Assembly (NCBI GenBank): GCA_938031175.1
Contig: CALHGZ010000004.1
Location: 67,635 to 131,634, forward strand
DNA from: Candidatus Kapaibacterium sp.
Lineage (GTDB): Bacteria > Bacteroidota > Ignavibacteria > Kapaibacteriales > UBA2268
DNA: 64,000 nt
Direction: 5' to 3'
Part shown: in pieces, positions 63,104 to 64,000 of the stretch
Layout: the number at the start of each line of letters is the position of its first letter
How positions within the stretch are numbered: the stretch's first letter is position 1
Position numbers and translations under genes: made by a program
The notes under the pieces: generated by a model
Told to the model about the DNA's origin: nothing
Databases searched by the model: none
What the model saw: only the letters and a program-made list of their open reading frames with translations

Positions 63104-64000
63104 TTAATCTATTTTTTCCAATTCTTTATATTTTGAATTATCTATTAAATTTCTATTGATCCTGTACTTTTTTATATTAGATATACCAATTAATGAAATA
63201 ATTTTTTTTGAAAAGATTATAATTATAGTCGCGGTAATAATGATAGCATAAATAAAATTATCTGTTATTAATATTAATAGTACGATCGAACTATATAATA
63301 TAAAAAGGCTATTTTCAGGAATTCTAAAATTTGGTCTGATTACGAAACCATTTAAATATATCGTATGATTATTATTCAAAAATTTTTTCAGGAAGTATAA
63401 AACACCGAAAATCAGTGGTAACAAGACAAGTAGTATGTTAATAGTAAAATAATGTGTTAAATTACTTGATGGGATTGAATACATAATGAATTTTATAGCG
63501 ACTAAACCACCAATTAACATAGACAGGGCGCTTCCGGGGAGTAGTTTGGCTGGAAATTTCATATATTTTTTAATAGCGAGGAGAATCCCTATCAAAGAGA
63601 ATGTAACTGATATTTGGTTATATTCTTTAATTTTTAGAAATAAAAGACAATACGCAACTAAAACAAGGATTGAGATTGATATTGCAAGTCCCCCATTTTC
63701 CTTTATTTCATTAAATACATAAATAATTGCGGTAGCTATTACAATTGTCAAAATTAGATATAGCGGATTAAATGAAAAATCATAATTAAGATAAATATAA
63801 ATAGAATTAATAATCAACAATATTAACAATGGAATTTTTCTTTTGGTTAAATCTATTAAAAAGCCCATTAATGCGAGTATGCAAAGGTAAAGGATATTTT
63901 CTATATTTAAATATCCTGATGGTAAAACAAAGAAGTTAAATACTAAAGTGAAAATTACTGAAATAGCAGCTAAAACAGGTATTTTTTCGTGATATAAGAA
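63104..64000 (-). CDS. Polytopic membrane hypothetical protein, 5'-truncated by the window edge
   Basis: The 63104-63868 ORF stays open to nt 64000 (FLYHEKIPVLAAISVIFTLVFNFFVLPSGYLNIENILYLCILALMGF...). Confidence 0.65.
   Translation of the reverse strand, partial: FLYHEKIPVLAAISVIFTLVFNFFVLPSGYLNIENILYLCILALMGFLIDLTKRKIPLLILLIINSIYIYLNYDFSFNPLYLILTIVIATAIIYVFNEIKENGGLAISISILVLVAYCLLFLKIKEYNQISVTFSLIGILLAIKKYMKFPAKLLPGSALSMLIGGLVAIKFIMYSIPSSNLTHYFTINILLVLLPLIFGVLYFLKKFLNNNHTIYLNGFVIRPNFRIPENSLFILYSSIVLLILITDNFIYAIIITATIIIIFSKKIISLIGISNIKKYRINRNLIDNSKYKELEKID

Noticed and set aside
63882-63889. TAnnTTTG box upstream of ATG 63868
   Set aside because: It lies inside a reading frame that stays open to the window edge, so it is probably a chance match

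Overview
AT-rich (roughly 30% GC by eye) bacterial chromosomal window, most consistent with the FCB group (Ignavibacteria / Candidatus Kapabacteria-like). This placement is inferred from T9SS C-terminal-domain cargo proteins, Omp28/DUF6029, TAnnTTTG promoter boxes together with Shine-Dalgarno sites, and flagellar switch genes. About 50 densely packed CDS are present. Housekeeping genes: acpS 3' end, rplS, groES-groEL with a perfect CIRCE, engB, rho, glnA, lysC, ftsL/ftsI. Envelope genes: GT2, three GT9 enzymes, ugd, YfhO, alpha-2-macroglobulin and an OmpA/PD40 protein. Also four T9SS-type secreted proteins, fliLMNO, a Tat-signal TldD with PmbA, a di-heme peroxidase and a class II photolyase. 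I saw no rRNA, tRNA, CRISPR array, integrase or transposase. Best leads: (i) a DUF6029 barrel (CVGGVC) plus Omp28 CxxC proteins as a possible cell-surface thiol relay; (ii) a Tat-exported TldD/PmbA pair next to an alpha-2-macroglobulin with no adjacent pbpC; (iii) an orphan UmuD-like peptidase lacking its self-cleavage site, behind a sigma-54-type promoter; (iv) a TauE exporter wedged between ftsL and a KTA-variant ftsI; (v) a 58-aa membrane protein missed by the ORF track. All family calls come from motif recognition, not database searches.
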